DNA of 64,000 bases from Octopus vulgaris (lineage: Eukaryota). Shown here piece after piece: positions 1-13,431 of the stretch (position 1 is the stretch's first letter; each line of letters opens with the position of its first letter). Below the pieces are notes generated by a model that did not search any database, had not been told where the DNA came from, and saw nothing but the letters and a program-made list of their open reading frames with translations. Where the stretch lies: the NCBI GenBank assembly GCA_951406725.2, contig OX597819.1:51646001-51710000 (forward strand). Reading direction: 5' to 3'. Position numbers and translations under genes: made by a program.

Positions 1-1003
1 GAATATTAAATTTGTACTCTATGATATGTATTGAGCAAAACTATTTAACGTTTATATTATAGCATAAAAACAAACACTAACATAGAAAGATAGATAGATA
101 TATACATACATACATACACGCACAAACATACGTATACTTATATAAATATATGGATACATAACACATAGATATGCATACACGCTGAACACACACTCACACA
201 CACTCCGAAACACACACATACAAATATATCTATATGTATGCAAACATAAATTTTATACATGCATAATCACACAAATGTATTTACAAAACAAACACAAGCA
301 CATTTTTTTATGTAAATGCTTGGTTCTAATAATCCTCTATTCTTACACATACACACACACCGCCAGCACCACATTCCCACTCGTTGTCTTTCTCTCATCC
401 TCTCACGCAATCATTCCATCACTCATATGATATACCACCACCATCTGTCTCCTCACTCTCCCTATTTCAATCCGCTTCCTGTTGTTTTTTTTTGTTATTC
501 TTTTATTCTTTTTCTGTTAATTTTTTCTTTCTTCAATCCTTCAAATTTCTTCTCCTGTACTTAGGCTTCTCAGTTTCCTCATTTTCTCCTTCTATCGTTC
601 TATAATTTTGTCCTTTTTTTTCTTCATTCTCATCATTCTGTTATTCACTGTTCCCCACATATTTTCGTGCGCGCATACACACACATACACGTGCTCCCAC
701 ACACATACCAAGTACAATAGAAATTAAACACTATTGAAAAGAATTAGTGATTAACGAAACGGAAGGCAAGTGAGGGTGAGATGAAAGCTTGAGAGGATAT
801 CAATGGAAGAAGAGGACGCGTTGTCAGTACTAGCTTCCTCTAGCTTCTCACTCTCTCTGTTTATTTCTACCCCTCTCTCACTCCTCCCTTTCTTCCCCCT
901 CCCTCTCTCTCTTTCTCCCTAGATATATATATTTATGATGTCTTGTATTTATGGGTGCGCATGCATGCGTGTATGTTCATACGCGTGTGTATACTTTGGT
1001 GAG

Positions 1004-1221
1004 TACCAGGGGGCGCTGAAAAGTTCCTGACTTTAAGGGTATCGTGAAAGGCCAGGCTGGAGGCCCAACCTTCCAATTTCTTTTACAAGGCTTAGAAAAA
1101 ACTGAAGGACCGCTGCAATAAGTGTGTGAATCTGAGAGGGGAATATGTTGAATAAAATCATTAACTGATTTTATGTATTTTATTTTAATTATGGCCAGGA
1201 ACTTCTCGGCATCCTTTTGTA
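1004..1221 (+). mobile_element. Mariner-derived MITE (~220 bp)
   Basis: TA-flanked imperfect TIRs (taccagggggcgctgaaaagttcctg / caggaacttctcggcatccttttgta). Interior retains a mariner transposase C-terminus (KLKDRCNKCVNLRGEYVE*). Confidence 0.75.
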
Positions 1222-1326
1222 TATATGTACGAGTATGTATGTATTTGAATGCGCATGCGTGTGTTTAGTACTAATCGTTATTTCATACTGGCATCCAGCT
1301 ATTTTAACTCAGCATTACAGATACGT

Positions 1327-1848
1327 GTGGAGGCGCGTAGCTTAGTGGTTAGGATGTCAACATCATGATTGTAAGATTTTGGTTTCGATTCCTGGACCGG
1401 GCGACGCGTTGTGTTCTTGAGCAAAACACTTCATTTCACGTTGCTCCAGTCCACTCAGTTGGCAAAAATGAGTAACGCTGCGATGCACTGGCGTCCCGTC
1501 CAGCTGGGAAACACATACGCCGTAGAAACCGGGAAACCGGGCCCATGAGCCTGGTTAGGCTTTAAAAGGGCGTATTCGTTTTAGTGGAGGCGCGTGGCTT
1601 AGAGGTTAGGGTGTCAGCATCATGATCGTAAGATTGTGGTTTCGACTGCTGGACCGGGCGACGCGTTGTGTTCTTGAGCAAAACACTTCACTTCACGTTA
1701 CTTCCAGTCCACTCAGCTGGCAAAAATGAGTAACGCTGCGATGCACTGGCGTCCCGTCCAGCTGGAGAACGCATACGCTACAGAAACCGGGAAACCGGGC
1801 GCATGAGCCTAGCTAGGCTTGAAAAGGGCGCATTTATTTTATATTTTT
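1327..1848 (+). mobile_element. Two tandem tRNA-derived CORE-like SINEs (family B)
   Basis: Direct repeats 1327-1583 and 1584-1848. A box tggcttagtgg, B box gtttcgattcc, CORE-like gtgttcttgagcaaaacactt...aaaatgagta. Confidence 0.85.
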
Positions 1849-3034
1849 AATGTGTTAAAAAAAAAGAAATTAGAGATACGTCACATCTCTTGTCTTTTTT
1901 AACATTCTACAGAAACTTATAAAAACAGTCACAACCTACATTTTCTATACTCTGAATTCAACTGAAATGATAAAAATACTAATGGTTCTAACACTGATTC
2001 AACTTCTAATCCAATATTTTAATGCTTGACGCATAAGTAAATATAAGTATTTGAATAATCTTAACATCCTACACACGTTAACTGTACAGTTGTAGATAGT
2101 TTGTTTTTGTTTTGTTTTGTTTTGTGTTGTTTTTTTCTCGCGGAATTTTTTCATTAGGATATTTCTGTAATTATATTCAAGTTAAACTTTCGCTCAAATA
2201 GAATTTATACTCAAGGCTGTGCACCATTTAATTCACAGAGATTTAAATATCATGCTGACAAGAAATAAATATATAAATAAATAAATAAATGACGATAGCC
2301 TTTATTGGCAATAGTAATGAGATTTATTGTTTTGATTGTTTTGCATACTGCTAAGCTGATGTCAATGTTTCAATCTACAGTATTTTATTTCCAACAAATA
2401 AAAATTAATTATAAAACAAAATCAAAACAGAAAAAAATAAAGAAAAGAGCAGACAGCTTTGACTTGTTTTTATCAACGTCTTTTTTATTATTATTTTTTT
2501 CGGTTATTTTTTCTTCATAAAACAAAATATATATATATATATATATATATAAAATTCTAAAAAGAAGCGAACCACCGGCATCATTATGTTGAATTGTCAT
2601 TAAAAGTTACCAGGTCATGGAACACTCATTGCTTACGGTCATGATAGCATATTTCATGACATGCATTTGATCATTTAAACTGATATGAAAAAAAAAAAAA
2701 AAAAGGAGAAAAGCAATTTTCAGTTATGCATGACACGTCCTTGTATCAGGTTGTATTTAGGCGTTTTACCAGTTAGAATTTCACACACAACATACAATCC
2801 CATTCATTCATATGGAAATAATGTGAAATAAAGCTTGTCGCATAGAAGAATCTAAAGTATTATTATGTTAAGTAAATACCTGTTGTAAGAGTGCAGTATT
2901 TGTTCAGCAGAAGAAAAAAAGCAGCTTTAATACACACACGGGAACAATAGGGCAAGAGGTTCAGCGAAACAGTTTATGGCTTACCAGATTTGAATACTGC
3001 ATTCAAGTTTCTACTGTGCGTTTTAAAAATATTG

Positions 3035-3720
3035 TTTTTTTTTTATTTAGTCACAAGACCAGCAGTTTTTGGGAGAAAGGTGTTAGTCGAGTGTATCAAT
3101 TTCGATATTTTGTACTTAGTTTTATCAACCCCGGATAGACGACAAGCATGATGGATAACTTCGGTGAGATTTGACCTCAGAATTTAAAGAACTCGAACAA
3201 ATATTGTAATGTATTTATTCCGAAGCTGTAACGATTCTGCCAGTTTTCCGCCTTGTGCTTTATAAATAAGGTTTTCTAATTTTGACAAAAACGCCAGCAA
3301 TTTTTGAGAAATAGAAATCAGTCAACTACATTGAACCTATTACTTTATTTGTACGTTGATTTAATCGATACCGATCGGATGAAAAACAAAGCTTATCTTG
3401 GCTGGTTCTAAACGTTAAAAGCCAGAACAAATTGAGCAAAGCCTTTTTTCTGACGCTTCAACGTTTCTGTTAATTCGCCGCCTTAGTGCTACACAAATAC
3501 TTGTTTTTGTTTTAGACACAAAAGCCAACAATTTTTGAAGCAAGGAATTTAGTAGACATCGTTGATCCCTGTACTTCTAATTTGTTTTATCGATCCCGAA
3601 ATGCGGAAAAGGAAAGCTAGCTTCGGCGATATTTGAACTCAGAACTTAAAGAGCTGAAACAAACACCGCAAAGTATCCTTTTCTTTCCCACACTCCAATG
3701 ACTCTACCAGCTCGCTGTCT
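3035..3720 (-). mobile_element. Three tandem old family D SINE copies
   Basis: About 230 bp period (~3035-3255, 3270-3485, 3505-3720), each with a ttatcga.cc..gatga..gcaaag...atttgaactcagaac pattern. Confidence 0.7.
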
Positions 3721-4321
3721 GATTGTTTTCTAAACAGTAAATTGTGTTTTACAAAATTAATGTATCATTGAATCCAGAGGTAGACATTTCGTATCTAGGC
3801 ACCGGCAATATTTTTTTTTTGTCCGTTGACATATTGCATTACAATCTACTCCAGCACCACCACTACCACTACCGTCGCCAACGCCAACGTCACTACTGCC
3901 TCAAGAAAGCATCCACTAGACTAAACGAAATGAATATACGACTCACGAACATACTCGGACCTCCTCCCCCAGCAAATGAGCTGCCTTCTCGCTCTTCCTT
4001 TTCTGCTGTTACTACAGTGGTCACCACTGCTTGAAGCTATCATGTCTTGAGCTGCCCCTGCTCCAGGCTCACTCGTCTCATTGATCTCTCTTCTTCTCGC
4101 CACCAATATTGTGTCTAATCCTCACCCTCGACATTCCACAAGCTGCTACATCGACTTGCTGCTCTTCAGGACCTCGACCCGCTCATCTCATGTTTTCTTC
4201 CTAAGCGTCAATGTGCAGTTGTTAAGAAGAAACACCGGCTTCATTGATCTCGCAGAACTTGAGGCATCTCAAAGACAATAGGGCACAGCCCATTCTACCA
4301 GCCCAAACTATAAATGATATA

Positions 4322-4510
4322 TAGTTCAAAACGTACAGAAAAAAAAACCCAGAAGATAGAGGCAGATGGGAAAACAACAAACGAGATGTATTTGTTTGAC
4401 GCTCAGGAAAATTGGATAAGTCTTTGACATTTCGAGCTTACACTCTTCTGCAAGAACGAATGAGTAAAGTAAAGAATGATGAAAGGAAAGAAAACGGAGA
4501 GAAACAAATA
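4322..4510 (-). mobile_element. Diverged copy related to the 33346 HHR element
   Basis: Reverse complement ttc-TTGCAGA-agagtgtaagctc-GAAAT-GTC-aaagac...ttcctgagcgtcaaacaaatacatct, collinear with 33346-33472. Confidence 0.6.
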
Positions 4511-5104
4511 ACATATATAAAGAAACCACAGCTTGATCCGAGTAGCACAGCCTCTTCCGCCAGATCAAACCATGGAAAAGAATACTAAGAATAAAACAGC
4601 TTGGTCCACCGAGCTATAGAGATCATTTAATCATTTTCTACCGTTGGAAACTTTGCGAAATGGTTAAATTATCAACCGATTCTATCGATTCTTCTTGTCT
4701 CCACAGTAATGTGGAGTATGAACTGGCAGGTTCGAAGTAAAACTGTGTACAATTGTTATATTTAATACGGACGTGTACTCTCAAATGTGGAAAGTTATTC
4801 ACTACGGAAACAGTCTCCCGAGGGAATATTCCTTATAGACAATGTTTGTAAAAACATACCGAGTGTGTTTCTGCATCGTTATGCTCCATGAACTGTTGAC
4901 ATGGAATCCGTTGTTAATAGCCCGTAAAAAATGCTGTTCTAATAGATTTGCTGATGTGTGCGAAGCATAACCACGCAGAAACACGTCTACTAAAGTACGA
5001 TGGTGTCATTCATAGCCTCGGCTCAGTATTCTTTTTTTCTTTTTACCTGCATTGTCCGTAAAGAGAGTTTCTTTGCGGACAATACAGTAGAAGTTTCTGA
5101 AAGG

Positions 5105-5525
5105 TTTCTTATTTCTTTATTGCCCACAAAGAGCTAAACACAGAGAGGACAAACAAGGACAGACAAACGGATTAAGTTGATTATATCGACCCCAGTGCGT
5201 AACTGGTACTTAATTTATCGACCCCGAAAGGATGAAAGGCAAAGTCGACCTCTGTGGAATTTGAACTCGGAACGTAGCGGCAGACGAAATACCTATTTCT
5301 TTATTACCCACAAGGGGCCAAACACAGAGGGGACAAACAAGGACAGACATAGGTATTAAGTCGATTACATCGACCCCAGTGCGTAACTGGTACTTAATTT
5401 ATCGACCCCGAAAGGATGAAGGGCAAAGTCGACCTCTGCGGAATTTGAACTCGGAACGTAGCGGCAGACGAAATACCGCTAAGCATTTCACCCGACGTAC
5501 TAACATTTCTGCCAGCTCGCCGCCT
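5105..5525 (-). mobile_element. Meta-domain-like tRNA SINE (family D), internally duplicated, with Tx1-like tail
   Basis: Head ggcggcgagctggcagaa...gagttcaaattccgc; core gtcgactttgcctttcatcctttcggggtcgataaattaagtacca resembles the Meta domain of Sauria/MetaSINEs as I recall it. Units 5105-5292 and 5293-5525. Flanking direct repeat agaagtttctg at 5089-5099 and 5531-5541. Confidence 0.85.
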
Positions 5526-6896
5526 TTCTGAGAAGTTTCTGCTGTGAAGGTCTTTCCACATTTGTGTGCACACGAACGTGTTAAATAGATCTTGTACACA
5601 GCTTTTCTTCGATCATCGCCAACTTGCACATTGCAAATTCATTATTTGCTGTTTAAATATAAGAACGGCAATTCCTACTGTGCTATTGACCACCAATTTA
5701 GAATCTGCTTTCACATACATTGTCTACAAGAAGAAATTTTCTTCTAAGACAATTACCATGGCGAAAATCTTTCCACACGTATAGGTGCAAACGAACGTGT
5801 TAAATATAATTAAACATACTTTAGTTTAATCACCGTTGTTGCTTTTGGTTAAAAATAGAAAAAAAGTAGATTTAGCGTACTATATTTTACATGTATTAAC
5901 ACTCTTTGTTCTTGTTATTTGCAATGCAAAATGGAATTACAAAATCAGAGTAAAGCTGTTATTTTTGCTTCACGATCAGACCTGATCGCGAGAACCTGTT
6001 ATCAAAAGCGTTTCAGCTAGGCCCATCCTACCACTCATTTTGTATAAGCAGGGCTACAATGGCAAATAACCTCCTTATTACATGGAAGAGAATGGTTTGC
6101 TAGAAATTCGACTGTTTTTTCCTAGCACGTCGAGCAAACAACCGACATGAAATACTCGCACGAAATGTAAGTAAAACAGAAATAAAGAAAAGAAAAAAAA
6201 AGTAATACAGTTATATATATATATATATTAGAAAGGTTGTTGTAAATAGGTAATTTTTTTCTCATTTTCCAATGGCGAAGCGAAAGAGATGCAGCTTTGT
6301 TTTATCTATATATTTTTTCTTTTCTTTTCTTTTTTTTTTCTTTCTTTCTAACGTTTTTCACTTCAGTTTATCTTTATTTTTGTGTGTGCAAAATTGCGGA
6401 TCTGGAAACATTTGATACACTAAACCCCAAATTTAGTGTCTTTTAAGCAAAGACTGACGTGGCGGGGTCGTGACGGGTGGGGGTGGGGGTAGCCAATGCA
6501 TTATGATAAACAAAGAATACGACCAATATTGGTCGGTTGGAGGAAATGACCAGTTTCTAAGAATTTTAGAGGAAACAATTGTTATTTTGTTGTTTAAGAA
6601 AGGAATTGATAAAGATATATTTGATGGGAAATTTCTGGAGAGTGAGTAACATATTTGGTGCTCTAGTCTAGGGTGAGGTGGGAGTGGAGACACTGCCGTT
6701 GTAATTATCTTGTCCAGAAAGACTAAAGATTATATATTTGATGGTTTTAGTGGTCAAAATGTTTGGTTTCTATGAGGATTGCACAGGTAGGATTTTAAAA
6801 CTCAGACGATAGGAAATAAATGAAAAGAGAAGAATGTACACACACGCACTTATATATATATATATATATGGTGGGGGTGGGGGTGCGTGTGTGTGT

Positions 6897-7251
6897 ATGT
6901 GTATATTTAGGGCTAAAAAAACCACAATGTGGACAGCCATATACTAGAAGTAGATCACATACGATCTAACTACAAAGAAAGAATGTTCTCCAGAGAAAAT
7001 TCAGCGAACACCAGAACATAGGCGGGCAACACAGATGAAAATTATATAAAAATCAAGAATTAATCGTATACCGGTTTCGTCTATTACCGAATAAATTACT
7101 TACGTAATCCTTCGTCCGTAGATTAATTTTTAGCCCTAAATATACACATGTATTGGAATTTTCTCTGATTTTTTTAGAATTTTATATGCTAGACTACTGG
7201 TTTTAAATTGATATTAATTAAATTAATATTCAATTTATCTCCCTCATTATT

Positions 7252-7255
<4 letters not shown>
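6897..7255. mobile_element. Degenerate foldback element with HHR relic, in TA/TG repeats
   Basis: 22-bp inverted repeat tgtgtatatttagggctaaaaa at 6897-6918 and 7127-7148. Minus strand reads attaatcta-CGGACGA...gac-GAAAC-cg-GTA-tacgattaat. Confidence 0.5.
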
Positions 7256-7300
<45 letters not shown>

Positions 7301-8044
7301 AATGTGAATTAGAAGCAATTCAAGAGATACAAACAACATCGAACGCATATACAAGGTATGTGTTTTGCTATTTCGTGGGTAGGCTGCGCTTATAAGCGTA
7401 GGAGAATGTATTCTCATCAAAGTACATTGTATTAAAACTTGCACCCGGTCCCATTCAGGATTACGCTTGTAGGCGGAACGATAGTGTGATATCATCGTAA
7501 TAAAAGTGGGCTATGTTGCACCTGACAGTAAGTAGATCATTGATAAAAAAAATATGAGAAGCATAAAAAAAAACTTGGGACACAGTACTGATTTAAATTA
7601 TGAGCTTAGTTCTTGGTGGTACGATCAAAAAGGAAACCTCCGTTCCAAGAGATCATACACACTTGGAGACCGAGGGCAGGCTATTCATCAAAAAGAGCAG
7701 AAGAGAATTACGATTCTGGCAAAGTAGTAGAGATGCTTTTAGCAAGGGACTGAAAAAGATCGCCTGGGGCTTGGAAGATGGAAATGGCTTGCAAGATGGA
7801 AACACTAGCGGCATATGAAATGCATGTAAACATCTATTGCATAGAGCGATGATAGTCTTGCAAGAGTAGTAGTATGTATGTATGTGTGTGTGTATGTGAG
7901 TGTGTGTATGTAAATATATTGATTTCAGATTTTACTACTAGGCCAGCAATTTCGGACGAGAGGGTAAGTCCATTGCATCGATCCCATTGCTCAACGAGTG
8001 CATATTTTATCGACCCCGAAAGAATGAAAAGTAAAGTCGCCTTA

Positions 8045-8462
8045 GGCGCAGGAGTGACTGTGTGGTAAGTAGCTTGCTTACCAACCACATAGTTCTGGGT
8101 TCAGTCCTACTGCGTGACATCTTGGCCAAGGGTCTTCTACTATAGCCTCGGGCCGACCAAAGCCTTGTGAGTGGATTTGGTAGACGGAAACTGAAAAGAA
8201 GCCCGTCGTATATATGTATATTTGTAAATATGCGTGTATGTATGTGTGTGTGTGTTTATGTGCCTGTGTTTGTCCCTCCAGCATCGCTTGACAATCGATG
8301 CTGGTGTGTTTACGTCCCCGTAACTTAGCGGTTCGGCAAAAGGGACCGATAGAATAAGTACTTGGCTTACAAAGAATAGGTCCTGCGGTCGATTTGCTCG
8401 ACTAAAGGCGATGCTCTAGCATGGCCGCAGTCAAATGACTGAAAGAAGTAAAAGAGTAAAAG
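8045..8462 (+). mobile_element. tRNA-derived SINE with internal microsatellite (family A), nested in a family D SINE
   Basis: Head ggcgcaggagtg..tgtggtaag..gggttcagtcc, internal TA/TG tract, (aaagagta)n tail. Duplication ttaggcg at 8042-8048 and 8463-8469. Host SINE halves at ~7920-8044 and ~8463-8548. Confidence 0.9.
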
Positions 8463-8973
8463 TTAGGCGGAATTTGAACCCAAAACGTAAAGACGAACAA
8501 AATACCGCTAAGAATCTTATCCGGCGGTTTTTGCCAGTTCGCCCCCTTTATATTAATATCTGTTAATATATATTGTTGATATATATATGCTAGTAGAAAC
8601 ATCAGCACGCCGGGCGAAATGCTTAGTGGCATTTCGTCCGTCTTTGTGTTCTGAACTCAAATACCGCCTAGGTCGACTTTGTTTTTCATCCTTTCGGGGT
8701 CGATAACATAGGGTTGAGCACTGGGAGTCGATGTAATCGATTTACTGCCTCCTCCAAAATTCCAGGTCTTGTGCCAAAATGTGAAACCAATATGTATATG
8801 TGTAAGGGAAAGATAAGGTAAGAGAAAGAGAAACAGATCTAGAGAGAGAGAGAGAGCAAGATATGATCGCTACTTACCTACTTTGCATATAAGCAATTAA
8901 ATATATAGAGCATTGTTTATTTATGTATGTATATGCATATAAGCACTTACTGCACACACATATGTGTGTGTGG

Positions 8974-9005
<32 letters not shown>

Positions 9006-9408
9006 ATGCGTTTATATGTGTGTGTATATATATATACACACATATATATATATACACATACATACATGCACCGAACACTAGGGATAGGCATGTAAGTGTG
9101 TGTATGTGTTTATGTTTGTATCTGTGTATGTTTGGGTACGTGTGTTGTGCGTGTTGATGTATACAATTATACAAGTCAATTTATTTGTCCATTTTATCAA
9201 TTTGAAATATCCAATGTTTTAAAACATTAAAAAAATTGATTTGCGAGACTCGAGAGTATAACGAGATAACAATCGATCATATAAAGTGTATACATATAGA
9301 TATTTATAATAATCGATCGTACATACATACATTTATGTGTGTGTGTTTATGTATGTATGTATGTATGTATGTATGTAGATGTGTTTATATATTTGTGCAT
9401 GTATGTGT

Positions 9409-9509
<101 letters not shown>

Positions 9510-9884
9510 CATATACATATACATACACACACGCACACACACATACATACATATATATCGCCGATACTAATAATCCTATTGGTGAGTGAAGTAATAAGGG
9601 TGGTGGCGGGGAAATGGGAAATAGTAGCGGTGTAGGTGCTTGAGGTGGTGGCGGCAGCAGTTTTGATGTTGTTGTTGGTGGGGGTGGTAGTAGTGGTGGT
9701 ACTGCTGCTGCTGCTGCTACTGCTGCTGCTGCTGCTACTGCTGCTGCTGCTGCTACTGCTGCTGCTGGTTATGATGTCGGCGTTGTCGGTAGTGTCTTTC
9801 AGATGATAGTAGCAATGGTATATGTTTATATAGCCCTGTTGACGGTAGGTAGATTGGTGGTCTCCTCTGTGCGTGAGTGTGTGC

Positions 9885-9923
<39 letters not shown>

Positions 9924-9989
9924 AGCAGTAATTATGCTGATTGAGCTGGTAGTGGTAGAGGTAGGTGGAGCTGAAGACGGCGTTGTTGT

Positions 9990-10103
9990 TGCCGTTCTTA
10001 TTGCTGATGTTGTAGTAGTAGTAGTAGCAGTAGTAGTAGTAGTAGTAGTAGTAGTGATGGTGGTGGTGGTGGTGGTGGTAGTAGTAGTGATGGTGGTGGT
10101 GGT

Positions 10104-10160
<57 letters not shown>

Positions 10161-10255
10161 ATGGTGGTAGTAGTAGTAGTAGTAGTGGTGGTGGTGGTGG
10201 TGGTGGTGGTAGTAGTAGTAGTAGTAGCAGATATTGTAGTGATGGTAGTAGTCAT
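9990..10255. repeat. (TAG)n/(TGG)n low-complexity tract
   Basis: Read directly. Similar tracts at 10810-11055, 28090-28490, 28740-28960 and 51640-52120. Confidence 0.95.
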
Positions 10256-10865
10256 ACTGGGTGCAGTGTTGATGGTGACCGAGCCGGATGCAGCGGCAAC
10301 GGCGGCCCCGGGTGGTGGTGGCTGCAGTGTTAGGGATCGAAGCTAAATGTTAATTGCGTTAGTTACAAGAGAGCTAATGGTGATTGTTGTAGCCAAGAAT
10401 AGCTGAGTGGTAAAGAAGTTCTCTTGTTTTTAACTATGAAGTTTTGGGTTCGAACCCAGTAAGCGGATATCTTAGGTAAGGGCATTTTACTACAGCCACA
10501 GTCTGCCCCACCGCCACTGCCAGGTATGTGAGTGAGATTGTGTAGAAAGAGACTGTAAAGAAGCCTGTCCGATAGACTCTACCTGTAATTCAGAAGACCA
10601 GACTAGACCAGACAAGACCAGACTTGTCACAGGTGTCGCGAGTATTTTACCCGAGAATTATGTTAAGGGTATACGTATCTGCGGAATACTCAGCTACTTA
10701 GCACAATTATTCGATAACGAATTCATCGGGCTGACTGAAAAAAAAAAAAAACGGGACGTTCAAACGTCAAAATCGACGGGGGAGTACATCATCTTTAATG
10801 ATCGTTGAGGTAGCAGCAGTAGCAGTAGCAGTAGTAGCATCATCAGCAGCAGCACTAGCAGTAGC

Positions 10866-10906
<41 letters not shown>

Positions 10907-11017
10907 CAGCAGCAGTAGTAGTAGTAGTAGTAGTAGTGGTAGTAGTGGTAGTAGTAGTAGTAGGGGGAGGAGGAAGAGGAGAATAAAGAAGTAGAAGAAA
11001 CAGAAAAAGAAGAAGTG

Positions 11018-11056
<39 letters not shown>

Positions 11057-11542
11057 TCGGCGGCGGCGACGGCCTCATTGCCATTAAATGACGACTTCCT
11101 TATTTACGAACAACAGACATGACTTTGTAGTTTACGAAATTTTCTTCTCGACAACTTGGTTTCCACTCCGATGCCATTGCAAGTGTCCTTCTTCTACGAG
11201 CCTCATGTCGATGAAAGCCTTCAACTAAAACCTTACGTAGGGAAACAGAAGAGAAATTCGTCGATGAGGTGACGGTTTGTTTGTGTTTTTTTCTAGGAGT
11301 TGTAGACTTAAAGTAGCTCCCGGTTTAATACTATCGTATATGAATGCGGCGAATTTACAAAGTTGTTAGAATGCTCTCTAGTATTTCTGCCAAGAGAATA
11401 TATTCTGAGTTCAAATCCCGCCGAAGTCGACTTTGCCTTTCATCTCTTTTTTAGGGTCGAAAAATAGAATATCTGTCGTGTACTAGATCTGTTCCCCTCT
11501 TCCTATTTCTCCCTCTCTATCTTCATCCACCTCCCTCTATCT

Positions 11543-11595
<53 letters not shown>

Positions 11596-11839
11596 ATTTT
11601 TATTTGTCTGTCTACCTAATAACAATAAAAGATTGCACAACAAATCATCGACAACGAACACGTAGGAAACATACACAAAAGATACGGACACGATCATCTT
11701 TTATCGGTTATCGGCCAAAAATCATTACAGTTTCGCTCTCTACCGTTCAAAGACCATGAAGAAGCGTTTATATCGCGGTTCTCTTCCATTAATATTTTCC
11801 CTACCAATCAACTGACCAAGAAAAACATAAAACATCAGA

Positions 11840-12422
11840 GGCACAAGCGTGGTTGTGTAGTAAGAAGCTTGCTTCCCAACCACATGATTTCAGGTTCAGT
11901 TTCACTGATTGGCGACTTGGGCAAGTGTCTTCTACTATAGCCTCGGGCCGGCCAAAGCCTTGGGAATGAATTTGATACACGGTAACTGAAAGAAGCCTGG
12001 TGGTGGTGGTGGTGGTGGCGCAGGAGTGGTTGTGCGGTAAGTAGCTTGTTTACCAACCTAATGGTTTCGGATTCAGTCCCACTGCGTGGCACCTTGGGCA
12101 AGTGTCTTCTACTAAGCATCGGGCCGACCAAAGCCTTGTGAGTGGATTTGGTAGACGGAAACTGAAAGAAGCCCGTCGTATATATATATATATGCGTGTG
12201 TGTGTTTGTATGTCTGTGTTTGTTCCCCTAGCATTGCTTGACAACCGATGCTGGTGTGTTTATGTCCCCGTTACTTAGCGGTTCGGCAAAAGTGACCGAT
12301 AGAATAAGTACTGGGCTTACAAAAGAATAAGTCCCGGGGTCGAGTTGCTCGATTAAAGGCGGTGCTCTAGCATGGCCGCAGTCAAATGACTGAAACAAGT
12401 AATAGAGTAAAAGAGTAAAAGA

Positions 12423-12424
<2 letters not shown>
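11840..12424 (+). mobile_element. SINE family A: head-only copy (11840-11998) plus full copy (12017-12424)
   Basis: High similarity to 8045-8462. Confidence 0.9.
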
Positions 12425-12503
<79 letters not shown>

Positions 12504-12929
12504 TGTATGTATGTATGTATGTATGTATGTATGTATGTATGTGTGTATGTATAGCTATGTGTGTGTGTCTTTAGGGTTGATTCATTCCACTGAAACTCCA
12601 AGGCGGTGCTCCAGCATGGCCGTATTCTAATGAATGAAACAAGTAAAAGATCTGATCCTCTTGGGTACCTTTAGAAGAGTCCATTTCTTTGTAATGGTGG
12701 GTGATAAAACTCTGGTGTGATGATACCTTCCCCTTCCTCTCTCTCTCCCTATCACCAGTCTCGAAGGCCCTGAAAAACATTATTAAACATTGATGAAGGT
12801 CAATGCCAGGTCAACTCTACTGAATGATGTTGCGTAGGTGTGTCCGTGAGAGAGAAAGAGAAAGAGAGAGGGGAGGAATATACTAGATCCAGCATTAGTC
12901 CTATGACGATGTATGCTTTCTGAGTGTGA

Positions 12930-12990
<61 letters not shown>

Positions 12991-13431
12991 GGTGGTGGTG
13001 GCGGTGTTGGAGATGACGACAACAACGAGAATGACGACGACGGTGATGATGACGTTTAGCACCAGGTCAACCCTAATCGAGTAGGCCTACGATCGAAGGC
13101 GTTCCAGCCATGATCGATCCATCTTCGAATGTAGATAATGAAAACAATGACACATTTTAAACCTGGGGAAAGTTTTGCAGAGTTTTACTATTCTGCTTAC
13201 AGATTGCATTCGAAATGTGCAACTCGATTTTCTCCAGACATTTATGTATGTATGTATGTATGTATGTATGTATGTATGTATGTATGTATGTATGTATGTT
13301 TGTATGTATATATGTGTGTATGATCTTGAGGAAATTTCTTTCTTAGTTGTAAGACCATAGCGGATCTTCTTCTAGCATAATTGATGTCCACTTACAGGTC
13401 ATCCCTTTTATATGTATATAATATATATATT

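Noticed and set aside
4120-4185. Minus-strand CTGAAGA...GGAATGTC as a hammerhead
   Set aside because: No GAAA, stem II irregular and stem I limited to 2 bp.
7360-7425. Minus-strand TTGATGA...GAAATAGC as a hammerhead
   Set aside because: Core mutated, no NUH triplet in register and no convincing stem I.
7600-7870. RTE-like LINE C-terminus with (TAG)n tail
   Set aside because: Only a vague compositional resemblance; no diagnostic motif.
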